Positions 1 through 12,290 of a stretch of 64,000 nucleotides of DNA are shown here, piece by piece. The stretch is from Pristiophorus japonicus. Its lineage: Eukaryota. The position numbers and the translations under genes were made by a program. Numbering within the stretch: position 1 is the first letter of the stretch; every line of letters begins with the position of its first letter. The notes under the pieces were generated by a model. The model was not told the DNA's origin, did not search any database, and worked only from the letters and a program-made list of their open reading frames with translations. Location of the stretch: contig NC_091991.1 of NCBI RefSeq assembly GCF_044704955.1, positions 33,356,001 to 33,420,000 on the forward strand. Direction: 5' to 3'.

Positions 1-469
1 CTGCAATGTGTATGTATGATGTGCTTATGAACAATGAGACTATGTATGGTTTTAATGTTATCTATTGTCTACAACAACCATAGTATGGGGCAGTGCAATG
101 TTACCACTTGTAATGTAAGGAATGGGACCATATGTATGAAACCTCAGCGGGTGCTGGAAATTGGCGATAAAACCCTCCACCCTCTGTTGGTGCTGAAATC
201 TATGTGCATTAATGCGTTTTCCATGAAGAGTTAGGAGATTATCTCTCTAAATTTGGATATAAATATGGTTACTTGATGGTAAGGAGCCATATGTACTTTA
301 ATATGTATTTGTATGTACCTTTTACATATGTAATGTATAAAGAGTTAGTTAGGTTATGTACATCTTCTTGCAATACTATGTCTACCTGTTTGGTGTGCGA
401 AGAGCTGGCTGAATTGTGTATGTCTTTTCGGAGTACCATGAAAATGTCTACTCATGTAGGTAGATGAGA

Positions 470-1300
470 GACATTTAAGGGAAGACTGAAGTCTTATGGG
501 AAAATAAAATCATCTGTAAGCTGTTTGAAAGTAGCCTCGGGGTTTGGGACAAGCAGTTTGAATTCAAACAGGGTAATTGAGTGACATTCGAGTTGGCCAA
601 TCAGTGAAATGGTCAAGTTATCTGGACATCTGGCTGCTCTAGTTTTCCTCTGCTTAAAAACGCAGGAGACAAAGGAAAATCTCTCTCTGTCTCTCTCTCT
701 AGCTTTTAACAGGACACCGGAAGGAGGTGTTGGATGACGGCTGTCGAACACGTGGAAGGAAACACATGGACGCGAACACGTGGAAGCAAACACGTGTAAG
801 GTATATTCGATTGGACTGATCACCCATTCAATTATACTGGGCCAGTTTGAGCAGTTACTGCCGAGAGGCATGACCAGTTAACGTAGGATTCATTGTACGT
901 AACTGGGGAAATTGGGGACGGTAAACAGTTGGATATATACATTGTACGACGCATTGTGCATAACCAGTTAATGTAGGTTTTAATTGTATGTAACTGGGGG
1001 AATAGGATAACTGTAAATGGTTGGATATATACATTGCAGGAGAAATTGTGCATAACCAAATAACATAGGAGCATATACATTGCAAAGTTTAAGATTGTTT
1101 AATTGTGTGTAACTGGGGGAATTGGGGCATGTGAATCTAAAATCGGCACGCTAGAGATTTGTAGTTTCGGTGTTTGATTTTAAATCTGTATGCAGTAGTG
1201 TTGAACTCGGAACTTATAGTCAGTTTTAATCTTTTAATAAAAATCCATTGTATTGGAAAATCTCAGTGTTCTTATAAGTCTTGATGTTTGAAACCCATAA
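470..1300 (+). mobile_element. Possible LTR (ERV-like), boundaries uncertain
   Basis: CCAAT near 597, TATA-like CTTAAAAA near 653, internal ~90-bp repeats and AATAAA near 1236 occur in U3-R-U5 order. No TSD or second LTR is visible. Confidence 0.3.
869..1130. repeat. Diverged ~90-bp tandem repeat, about 3 units
   Basis: AACTGGGG at 901, 991 and 1111; GTTGGATATATACATTG twice; CAT(G/A)ACCA at 869, 959 and 1050. Confidence 0.8.
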
Positions 1301-1304
1301 GGAA

Positions 1305-2078
1305 TAGTCCTACAAGTGTGAGGTAATGCATTTGGGGAGGGTTAACAATGAAAGTGAATACACAATCAATGGTAGGACATTGAGAAATGTCGAAGAACTG
1401 CGGGACCTTGGAGTGAATGTCTACAGATCTTTGAAGGTAGCAGGGCAGGTAGATAAGATGGTTAAGAAGACATATGGGATACTTACCTTTATTACCCAAG
1501 CTATAGAGTATAAGAGCAGGGAGGTTATGCTTGAACTGTATAAAACACTAGTTAGACCACAGGAAGAGTCCTGCATGCAGTTCTGGTCAACACATTACAG
1601 GAAAAATGTAATTGCACTAGAGAGGGTACAGAGAAGATTTACGAAAATGTTGCCCAGGCTGGAGAAGTTTAGCTATGAGGAAAGATTGGATAGGCTTGGA
1701 TTGTTTTCTTTGGAACAGAGGCTGAGGGGCGACCTATTGAGACGCATTAAATGATGAGGGGCCTAGATACAGTGGTTAGGAAGGACCTTAGCAGAGAGGT
1801 CAACAACCAGGGGACATAGATTTAAAATGGTTGGTTAGGAGGGGATTTGAGGAGAAATATTTTCACCCAAAGTCTGCAGTGCCTGAAAGGGTGGTAGAGA
1901 CAGAAACCCTAATAGCATTTAAAAAGTACTTGGATATGCACTTGAAGTGCCGTAACCTACAAGGCTTCGGACTATGAGCTGGAAAGTGGGATTAGGCTGG
2001 ATAGCTCTTTGTCGGCCGGTTCGGACACGATCGTCCGAATGGCCTCCTTTTGTGCTGTAAGTTTCTACGATTCTATGA
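1305..2078 (+). mobile_element. CR1 LINE 3' fragment (RT C-terminus and 3'UTR)
   Basis: ORF 1326-1754 contains LYKTLVRPQ..CMQFWS..LERVQRRFT. Ends in a TTCTACGATTCTATG tail. Confidence 0.9.
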
Positions 2079-2429
2079 CTTTGGCCCCTTTTGGATTGCC
2101 GTCATCATCTTCCTTCCAGTCAGCCTCCTCCCTCACCTATCTGTGGTCCTTTGAGCTGTCAGCCATATACTGCCATTTTCCCCCATGTTAGCCAGTTCCT
2201 TTCTTAAGCCATTAATTTCTGCAGCTGCTAGGTTTGGGAAAGGAGAAAAGTAGCAGAGAGTTTGGTGGCAGTGATCATAGACGGAATAGTGGGATGAGGT
2301 AAGAGTGGGAAAGAAGGAGTTAGGGCAGTTATAATTTAGAAAATGATAAAGAAAAGGTATTGAGGTAAGTTAGAAAAACATTCTAAACATTGGGGAGGAA
2401 ATTCTTGGGTTTGGGGATTTTCAGACAGG

Positions 2430-2945
2430 AAAAAACAAACATCGGGAGCAGGACTAATAAAAAAGCAAAGTTGTACTTAATAAAACTAATACTGGGAGAG
2501 GGAGGTAAAAAAAACACCATGGTGGAGTGGAATTAAAAGAAATAAACACTGGGAGCAGGTCTAAAGGAAATAAAAAGACCAGGAGTCAAACTAAAAGAAA
2601 CAGAAGCACCAGGGGTGGGACATAATACAAACAGTAGAACTCTACTTTTAAAAAGCATACTGCGAGAGGGATTAAAAAGCACACAAAGGAAGTTAAAGTT
2701 GAAAAAAACAGGAGTACAACTAAAAGACTAAGAATAAAAACACACAAAATAGGAAGCAAAAACACCAGAGGTAGGCATTAAAAAGCAAACATAGGCAATG
2801 AATATAAAAATTAATTCTGGGACTAAAAGAAATAGAAACTTATGGAGCAAGATCAAAAAAATTCAAAACACTAGGAAGGATTGAAAAACAAGAGCTGGAG
2901 CAGGACTAAAGAAAATAAACAGCAGGAGCAGATTTTTAAAAACTA
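2430..2945. repeat. Decayed A-rich ~30-bp minisatellite
   Basis: Recurrent variants of AAACACC/TGGGAGCAGGACTAAAAGAAAT. Confidence 0.6.
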
Positions 2946-3118
2946 TCAAAAGCAAGTAGTTTTGGCAAGAAGCTGCGATCCACTGCCTAACAATCCAAAA
3001 GGACTTTGCCTCATCCCCTCCCTTCAACCCTGTCCCCACGATGGACCCTACCCAATCCCCATCACTCCTCCATTCAGAACAATCATGGGGTAAGTTGCCA
3101 GTGATGGACCAGACAGGG

Positions 3119-4082
3119 TCATAAGAACATAAGAAATAGGAGGAGTAGACCATACAGCCCCTTGAGCCTGCTCCGCCATTGGATAGGCTGATCCAATCAT
3201 GGACTCTACTTTCCTGCCCGCTCCCCATAACCCCTTATCGGTTAAGAAACTGTCTGTCTATGTCTTAAATTTATTCAATGTCCCAGCTTCCACGACTCTC
3301 TGAGGCAGCAAATTCCACGGATCCACAACCCTCTGAGAAAATAAATTTCTCATCAGTTTTAAATGGGCGGCCCCTTATTCTAAGATTATGCCCTCTAGTT
3401 CTAGTTCCCCCATCAGTGGAAACATTCTCTCTGCATCCACCTTGTCAAGCCCCCTCATAATTTTATACGTTTCGATAAGATCACCTCTCAATCTTCTGAA
3501 TTCCATTGAGTAGAGGCCCAACCTACTCAATCTTTCATCATAGGTCAACCCCCTCATCGCCAGAATCAACCTAGTGAACCTTCTCTGAACTGCCTCCAAA
3601 GCAAGTATATCCTTTCGTAAATATGGAAATTAAAACTGCACCAGTATTCCTGGTGTGGTCTCACCAATACCCTGTATAACTGTAGCAAGACTTCCCTGCT
3701 TTTATACTTCATCCCCTTTGCAATAAAGGCCAAGATTCATTGGCCTTCCTGATCACTAGCTGTACCTGCATACTAACCTTTTGTGTTTCATGCACAAGTA
3801 CCCCCAGATCCCTCTGTACTGCAGCACTTTTCAATCTTTCTCCATTTAAATAATAACTTGCTCTTTGATTTTTTCTGCCAAAGTGCATGACCTCACTTTC
3901 CAACATTATACTCCATCTGCCAAATTTTTGCCCACTCACATAGCCTGTCCATGTCCATTTGCAGATTTTGTGTGTTCTCCTCACACGTTGCTTTTCCTTC
4001 CATTTTTGTATCATCAGCAAACTTGGCTACGTTACACTCGGTCCCTTCTTCCAAGTTGTTAATATAGATTATAACTAGTTGT
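3119..4082 (-). mobile_element. CR1 LINE 3' fragment
   Basis: Minus-strand ORFs contain VQRRFTRLI and DLGVLVH. Reverse tail CATAAGAACATAAGAA at 3120. Confidence 0.9.
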
Positions 4083-6169
4083 CACACCACAATTGTTAGC
4101 AGCAATGGGTAGGAGTGGGGGAATTCAACAAGCACTGGCAACATTGGGAATGGCCACAACGGACCTGGAAATTGTAGCTGGGCGGACCAAGACTGGTGTG
4201 AGTCAAATGTCAGAAATCACTTGGAAACTCAGCTAGGAAGACTGAATCAGTATTGAGACACAGCTCAATTTTATAAATAAGTAAACCAATGCATGTCTAA
4301 AATAGCATGGCATATATATATTTTTCAGGGGAAGCCAGGACAACGTTATCCTGGAGTATTGTATGATGGGAAAACTGTAGTATTCAGCTACCACTAACAA
4401 AATTGGTGAGCACCATCTCAAGTCATTTTCAGTCTGTGCATTCTACACAAATTGCGTGACTATTATGTTCTATAACTTTGTAATTAGTTTATTGTTGGTT
4501 TATAGTTATGCAAACAGTATCTTGGGAACGAATTTCACAATGGAATTTAGATCCACAAATGTTCCTGGCAAGGATTTTATTTTTAGGCACATTGCTCAAT
4601 ACCATGTATTTGTTGTTCATAAAAAATGCTGTGTTGAGGAAACATACAAATAACATTAATGAAGGAATTTCACCATGAGTTATAGTATCAAAAATCACAG
4701 CTTTCTGGCACCCAAATTGTACATTAGGTTCAACATTACACCAACAAATTTCAAACAGAAATATTATCAGCTTTGTCAAAATTAACTATATATATTTCTG
4801 TAGATGAAGTTCATATATTTCATTGTTCGATCTACAGGAGGACATTTTCCCTATCTACATAATCAGACCTACCAATCCCTTTTGTGTTCTAATAAGTTGA
4901 ATATAAAAGAGATTGATTAATGGGTGTATTAAAAACACTCCTGAAAGTGTTTTTAGCTACGTACATCTCTATTCTGCATCCTCCGCAGTAAGATACAAAT
5001 GACTCAAGCATTTACCCTATTTCTTGAACAATGTTTTCTAATTGCTCAGAAAATAAATGAAGACTTCATTTAAGCATTCCAGAATTTGACCTGTTACTGA
5101 AGCTATAATAGTGGCCTTCAGCAGAGCAAGATCTGAAACATCAGATCAAATGTAAGGTAATCGACTTTCTATGTTCACGCTGGCTGAATTGTTGGCAAGG
5201 AATCTTTCGATTATCTGGCAATAACAAACTCTAATGAACTGATTAAATGAATTACTGGCCAGATCCCCACTTATGTCTGGTGTAACATTTAAGGTGCGTT
5301 TACACTACAACTGAAGCATATGCTAATGCTAAACTTGCTGTGTAAATAAATCTTGAACACTAAATGCCCATTGTTGTTACTTTAATGCTGACAGTAATCC
5401 CTTTATTCTAAATGGGTTACCATCAACCAGAAAATTTAAGCTCAAGAGTCTTGATTCAGATACAGCACCCCATACTTAAAATGTTGTAGTATACATTTCT
5501 AAAAGCATGTACTGTAATATTTCTTCAGTCAGCACGCATAAAAGATTTAGGGCTAGAACCTCCACTTAATGCCCATTTTACCGCTGAAATGATGTACAAC
5601 GGCCATATATTGGCACAAAATGGAAACTGATGAGCATTTTTCAGAAACTTATTGCCGAGCGTTACTTTCCCCATAACGCCGGGAAAAATATTAGCGCCTG
5701 CCCACTTTTTTTGGGCGGGATCTTCAGAATGGGCAAAATCAACGCCCATATCGCCCAGCGTTACTTTCCGCACTGATTTAACGCCGAGATTCAATATTAA
5801 CGCCCGCCCACTTTTTTTGTCGCAAAGAGCATATTTACCAAAACTAGCGGCCATGAGATCGCCCAGTGTCAATTTCACCATCTTGCACACATATCGCCCA
5901 CAATATCGTTCGCCCAAAAAACGGCCAGAAAAAGTGGAACTAACCGGAACGAATCACAACGTTATGGACGCCATATTCTAGATCACATGTCGCATCCTGT
6001 AAAAGTTTGCTGTGCTTCCACCTCGGATGTACTCTGCAGGTCGTTGGAGCTGATGTAAACATCTCTACAAACATCTTGACCATACAGTGACCGATTGGAA
6101 TTGAACAGGTGTCTTCGTCGGGACATGCCTTGTTTGTGACCAATCGGTGGAAAACAGAGAGCTACTGCC

Positions 6170-7331
6170 ACGGGGCCTGTCCTTTCTCACCCTCTCTTGG
6201 TGACCAATTACATGCAGCAGATTCGACATCACCGAAGGAACGCTCCACTGCATTATGTGCCCAATGTAAGATGTGACAGACTGATGAGGACCAGACGTTA
6301 CACCCCCCGCAAGCATTCTGACCCCGACTTGCCCAACACCACCAGCCTTCGGAGACTGCGCTTCCACAAAGAGGTTATCACTGAGGTATGCCAGCTGATA
6401 AGGGCACATCTGTAGCCTGCCAACACCATCAGTACTGCACTGTCCATCGAGGTCAAAGTTACTGTGGCACTGTCGTTCTACACCTCGGGTTCTTTTCAGG
6501 CCACAGCTGGAGACATTTGTGGACTTTCTCAGCATGCCACACATCGCTGCATTAGACAGGTCACTGAAGCCTTGTACGCACAAAGGAGGGACTTGATCAG
6601 CTTCCCTATGACCAGGGAGGCACAGAGTGAGAGGGCTCTAGGATTCTCCAGAATTGCAAACTTCCCCAAGGTGCAGGGAGCAATAGACTGTACGCACATC
6701 GCGATGCGGGCACCTTTTCAGGATTCAGAGGGATTCCACTTCCTGAATGTCTAATTCGTTGTCGACCACCAGCAAATTATACTGGCCGTGAATGCTCAAT
6801 TTTCGGGCAGCTTCCATGATGCTCACATCCTGCATGAGAGCACTGTATCTGACTTGTGTAACAATCAGCCACAAGGTCAATGATGGATGCTTGGTGACAA
6901 AGGATATGGCCTCACCACCTGACTGATGAACCCCCTGCGTGACATCCACACCAAAGCCGAGAGGCGATACAATGAGAGCCACAGAGCAACTCGCAATATC
7001 GTGGAGAAAACCATTGGAGTGCTGAAGTAGCGCTTTAGATGCCTGAACCACTCAGGAGGCGAGCTCCAATAGCACCCTGAGCAGGTAGCTCAATTTGTGA
7101 TGGTGTGCTCCAAGCTGCACAACTTGGCTATCACGAGGAGACAAGAATTGCTCGATGAGTCTGACAGTCCCCCTCACTAGAGGACGAGGAGGCGGACGCT
7201 GACATTGGGCCAATCAGGCTGACGCTGAAGCCATGCCCTCATCCCCCTGTAGACCGCATGAAAAGGCCCATGGTGGCATGATAGCTGCAAGAGCCTTACG
7301 TCAGGAGCTCATCAATGATTGCTTTGCCTGA
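6170..7331 (+). pseudogene. Harbinger (HARBI1-like) DDE transposase, disrupted
   Basis: Motifs ALSFYTSGSFQ, FPKVQGAIDCTHIAM, GSFHDAHIL, LGDKGY and HRATRNIVEKTIGVLK*RFRCL, with several stops and frameshifts. Confidence 0.9.
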
Positions 7332-7642
7332 ACGAATGTTGGTGTTATTTACAAGTCTGACACACTGCTGGGTGTGCAGGTCATACATCAATAGTGGGCA
7401 TCACCTTGATGACAGCTAAAGATTAAGTTGATTGAAGTTAATTGTAATTATACCTTTTGATAAGGAATCACCAGCGTGTAACGGTGCAGCTATCTGAGCC
7501 AATGCACTACAAGGTTTTCTTAAATAAAAAACATTTAAACCGAACATTAGCCTAAAATCATCAGTATTTCTGTAAACCCCCCCCCCACCTCTACCCCTTC
7601 TCCTTCCCCTCCTGACTCCAAGCCGCCTGGCCGAGGAGCTCC

Positions 7643-7901
7643 TCGGGAGGTGCGTCGCTGAGGCCTATAAAAAGGCCCAACGCGTCGGAGGAGGCTCGGG
7701 AGTTCCAGATGCGTGGAGAGAGTCGGGAGATGCGTCGCTGAGGCCTATAAAAAGGCCCAACGCGTCGGGAGGAGGTTCGGGAGTTCCAAATGCGTGGAGA
7801 GTCGGGAGATGCGTCGCTGAGGCCTATAAAATGGCCCAACGCGTCGGAGGAGGTTCGGGAGTTCCAGGTGCGTGGAGAGTCGGGAGATGCGTCGCTGAGG
7901 C
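7643..7901 (+). repeat. 78-80 bp tandem monomers in the CR1 5'UTR, 3 units plus a partial
   Basis: TGCGTCGCTGAGG at 7651, 7731, 7810 and 7888. The three full units each contain CCTATAAAA. Confidence 0.95.
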
Positions 7902-8080
7902 GTGCTTGTGCAGCTACAGGGAGAAGGCAAAAAAGTAGAAAGAAATCGAAAGATGACGTCACAGCCAAGGGGATAAGTGATTGGCTGGTGATTGACGAGT
8001 AACTTTTCTTTTTCTTTCTTTATCAGTAAGTAACATTTAGCACTGCTGTTGCCAACTTAAGTGTCTCTAAGGGTTAAGTC

Positions 8081-9027
8081 ATGGCAGGAGAGCTCGGACA
8101 CGTGTTATGCTCCTCCTGTACTATGTGGGAAGTCAGGGACGCTTCCGGTGTCCCTGACGACTACATATGCGGCAAGTGCATCCGCCTGCAGCTCCTGACG
8201 GACCGCATTGCGGCACTGGAACTGCGGGTGGATTCACTCTGGAGCATCCACGATGCTGAGAATGACGTGAATAGTACGTTTAGCGAGTTGGTCTTACCAC
8301 AGGTAAAGGGTACTCAGCCAGATAGTAAATGGGTGACCAGCAGGAAGAGCAGTGTAAGGAAGGTAGGCAGGGGCCCCCAGCGGTCATCCCCCTGCAAAAC
8401 AGATACACCACTTTGGGTACTGTTGAGGGGGATGACTCATCAGGGGAGAGCAGCAGCAACCAAGTTCATGGCACCATGGGTGGCTCTGCTGCACAGGAGG
8501 GCAGGAAAAAGAGTGGAAGAGCTATAGTGATAAGGGATTCGATTGTAAGGGGAATAGATGGGCGTTTCTGCGGCCGCAACCAAGACTCCAGGATGGTATG
8601 TTGCCTCCCTGTTGCAAGGGTCAAGGATGTCTCGGAGCGGGTGCAGGACATTCTGAAAAGGGAGGGTGAACAGCCAGTTGTCATGGTACACATAGGTACC
8701 AACGATATAGGTAAAAAACGGGATGAAGTCCTACGAGTCGAATTTAGGGAGCTAGGAGCTAAATTAAAAAGTAGGACCTCAAAAGTAATAATCTCAGGAT
8801 TGCTACCAGTGTCAACAGCTAGTCAGAGTAGGAATCGCAGGATAGCTCAGATGAATACGTGGCTTGAGGAGTGGTGCAGAAGGGAGCGATTCAAATTCCT
8901 GGGGCATTGGAACCGGTTCTGGGGTAGGTGGGACCAGTACAAACCGGACGGTCTGCACCTGGGCAGGACCGGAACCAATGTCCGAGGGGGAGTGTTTGCT
9001 AGTGCTGTCGGGGAGGAGTTAAACTAA
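8081..9027 (+). pseudogene. CR1 ORF1: zinc-finger/coiled-coil plus SGNH esterase, one frameshift
   Basis: CSSC..W...CGKC in ORF 8081. IVIRDSIVRG, VHIGTND and DGLHL in overlapping ORF 8329-9027. Confidence 0.9.
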
Positions 9028-9988
9028 TATGGCAGGGGGATGGGAACGTATACAGGGAGGCAGAAGGAAATAAAAGGGAGACAGAGGCAAAAGATAGAAA
9101 GGGGAATAGTAAAAGTGGAGGGCAGAGAATCCCAAGGCAAAAAACAAAAAGGGCTACATTACAGCAAAATTCTAAAGGGACAAGGTGTGTTAAAAAGACA
9201 AGCCTGAAGGCTCTGTGTCTTAATGCAAGGAGTACTGTAATAAGGTGGATGAATTAACTGTGCAAATAGATGTTAACAGATATGATGTGATTGGGATTAC
9301 AGAGACGTGGCTCCAGGATGATCAGGGCTGGGAACTCAACATCCAGGGGTATTCAACATTCAGGAAAGATAGAATAAAAGGAAAAGGAGGTGGGGTAGCA
9401 TTGCTGGTTAAAGAGGAGATTAATGAATAGTTAGGAAGGACATTAGCTTGGATGATGTGGAATCTATATGGGTAGAGCTGCAGAACACCAAAGGGCAAAA
9501 AACGTTAGTGGGAGTTGTGTACAGACCTCCAAACAGTAGTAGTAATGTTGAGGAGGGCATCAATCAGGAAATTAGGGGTGCATGCAATAAAGGTGCAGCA
9601 GTTATCATGGGTGACTTTAATATGCATATAGATTGGGCTAACCAAACTGGAAGCAATAAGGTGGAGGAGGATTTCCTGGAGTGCATAAGAGATGGTTTTC
9701 TATACCAATATGTCGAGGAACCAACTAGGGGGGAGGCCATCTTAGACTAGGTGTTGTTTAATGAGAGAGGATTAATTAGCAATCTTGTTGTGCGAGGGCC
9801 CTTGGGGAAGAGTGACCATAATATGGTGGAATTCTACATTAGGATGGAGAATGAAACAGTTAATTGAGAGACCATGGTCCAGAACTTAAAGAAGGGTAAC
9901 TTTGAAGGTATGAGGCGTGAATTGGCTAGGATAGATTGGCGAATGCTACTTAAGGGGTTGACAGTGGATGGGCAATGGCAGACATATA

Positions 9989-11213
9989 GGGCCCAATTTT
10001 CCACAAGAAAAAAAACCGGGCACCCCTCCGAGCTGGGCGCCCGTTTTTCGCGCCTAAAACGGCGCCTAAAAAAATCCTCGGTATTCTGCACCTACTTACA
10101 GGTCCTCTGGCTCTTGGCGCAGCCAGCACGAGCTGTGGGGGGGCGGAGCCAGGTCCCGGCGCTGAAAACAGTGCTGGGACCTCTGCACATGCGCGCTACA
10201 GTCGGCACGCAAGTGCAGTAGCTCCAGGCGCCGAACTGTGTGGGAGGGGCCCGAAGCACGCAGCCCCCAGCCCTATGGCCTCACTGGGGCTCCTCCCACG
10301 GCCAGCTCCTGCTCCCCGCCTGACCAGACCCGACACTCGCTCCCCCCCCCACGACCCGACACCCGCTCCCTCCCCTCCCGCCCCCCGCTTCTCCCCCCCC
10401 CCCGACCCAACACCTGCACCCCCCCCCGGACCCGCTCCACCCCCCACCCCCCCCGACTGACCCGACCCGCGCTCCTGTTCCCCGACCCGACGCCNNNNNN
10501 NNNNNNNNNNNNNNNNNNNNNNNNNNNNNNNNNNNNNNNNNNNNNNNNNNNNNNNNNNNNNNNNNNNNNNNNNNNNNNNNNNNNNNNNNNNNNNNNNNNN
10601 NNNNNNNNNNNNNNNNNNNNNNNNNNNNNNNNNNNNNNNNNNNNNNNNNNNNNNNNNNNNNNNNNNNNNNNNNNNNNNNNNNNNNNNNNNNNNNNTCGCT
10701 CCCCCTCCCGCTCAGCGGCATGAACGGCTGCAGAATTCTCCCTGGCTGAAGCACTTTCACACAGGTAGGAAGATGGTTTATTTAATCTTTTCTTGGCTTA
10801 TAAATGTTTATTCAGGTTGGATTTATTTGTATAATATTTGTAGAAGTATAAATAAGGATTTATTGTAGAATTTAATGACTTCCCTTCCCCCCCCACCTCA
10901 TTCTGGACGCCTAATTTGTAACCTGCGCCTGATTTTTTAATGTGTAGAACAGGTTTTTTCAGTTCTACAAAAATCTTCACTGGCTCCATTCTACTTTAGT
11001 TTGGAGTACATTTTCACTGTGGAAACTTTCAAATCAGGCGTCAGTGGCCGCACACGCCCCCTTTTGAAGAAAAAATTCTGTTCTAAACTAGAACTGTTCT
11101 ACCTGACTAGAACTGCAGAAAAGAAAATGTGGAGAATTGCGATTTCTAAAATAGTCCGTTCTCCACCAGTTGCTCCTAAAAAGCACGCGCGAATCATGTG
11201 GAAACTTGGGCCC
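9989..11213. mobile_element. Harbinger-type MITE, family A copy 1, inserted in CR1 ORF2
   Basis: TIR GGGCCCAATTTTCCACA ... TGTGGAAACTTGGGCCC. Flanks ATA/TTA, where the uninterrupted CR1 reads GACATTTAGAGACC. Internal CCCGA-rich repeat spans the gap. Confidence 0.9.
10495..10695. other. Assembly gap (~200 N) inside a C-rich minisatellite
   Basis: Run of N. Confidence 1.
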
Positions 11214-12290
11214 TTAGAGACCACATGGATGAACTACATCAATTGTACATCCTTGTCTGGCGTTAAAATAAAAAAGGGAAAGTGGCTCAACCGTGCTATC
11301 AAGGGAAATCAGGGATAGTCTTAAAGCCAAGGAAGTGGCATACAAATTGGCCAGATGTAGCAGCGAACCCGGGGACTGGGAGAAATTTAGAACTCAGCAG
11401 AGGAGGACAAAGGGTTTGATTAGGGCAGGGAAAATAGAGTACGAGAGGAAGCTTGCAGGGAACATTAAAACGGACTGCAAAAGCTTCTATAGATATGTAA
11501 AGAGAAAAAGGTTAGTAAAGACAAATGCAGTCAGAATCAGGGGAAGTCATAACTGGGAACAAAGAAATGGCAGACCATTTGAACAACTACTTTGGTTCGG
11601 TATTCACTAAGGAGGACACAAACAACCTTCCGGATATAAAAGGGGTCAGAGGGTCTAGTAAGGAGGAGGAACTGAGGGAAATCCTTATTAGTAGGGAAAT
11701 TGTGTTGGGGAAATTGATGGGATTGAAGGCCGATAAATCCCCAGGGCCTGATGGACTGCATCCCAGAGTACTTAAGGAGGTGGCCTTGGAAATAGCGGAT
11801 GCATTGAGTCATTTTCCAACATTCCATAGACTCTGGATCAGTTCCCATGGAGTGGAGGGTAGCCAATGTAACCCCACTTTTTAAAAAAGGAGGGAGAGAG
11901 AAAACAGGGAATTATAGACCGGTCAGCCTGACATCGATAGTAAGTAAAATGATGTAATCAATTATTAAGGATGTCATAGCAGCGCATTTGGAAAGAGGTG
12001 ACATGATAGGTCCAAGTCAGCATGGATTTGTGAAAGGGAAATCATGCTTGACAAATCTTCTGGAATTTTTTGAGGATATTTCCAGTAGAGTGGACAAGGG
12101 AGAACCAGTTGATGTGGTATATTTGGACTTTCAGAAGGCTTTCGACAATGTCCCACACAAGAGATTAATGTGCAAAGTTAAAGCACATGGGATTGGGGGT
12201 AGTGTGCTGACGTGGATTGAGAACTGGTTGGCAGACAGGAAGCAAAGAGTAGGAGTAAATGGGTACTTTTCAGAATGGCAGGCAGTGACT

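Noticed and set aside
6170-7331. Host gene HARBI1
   Set aside because: It has multiple stops and frameshifts and lies inside a TIR- and TSD-bounded element.
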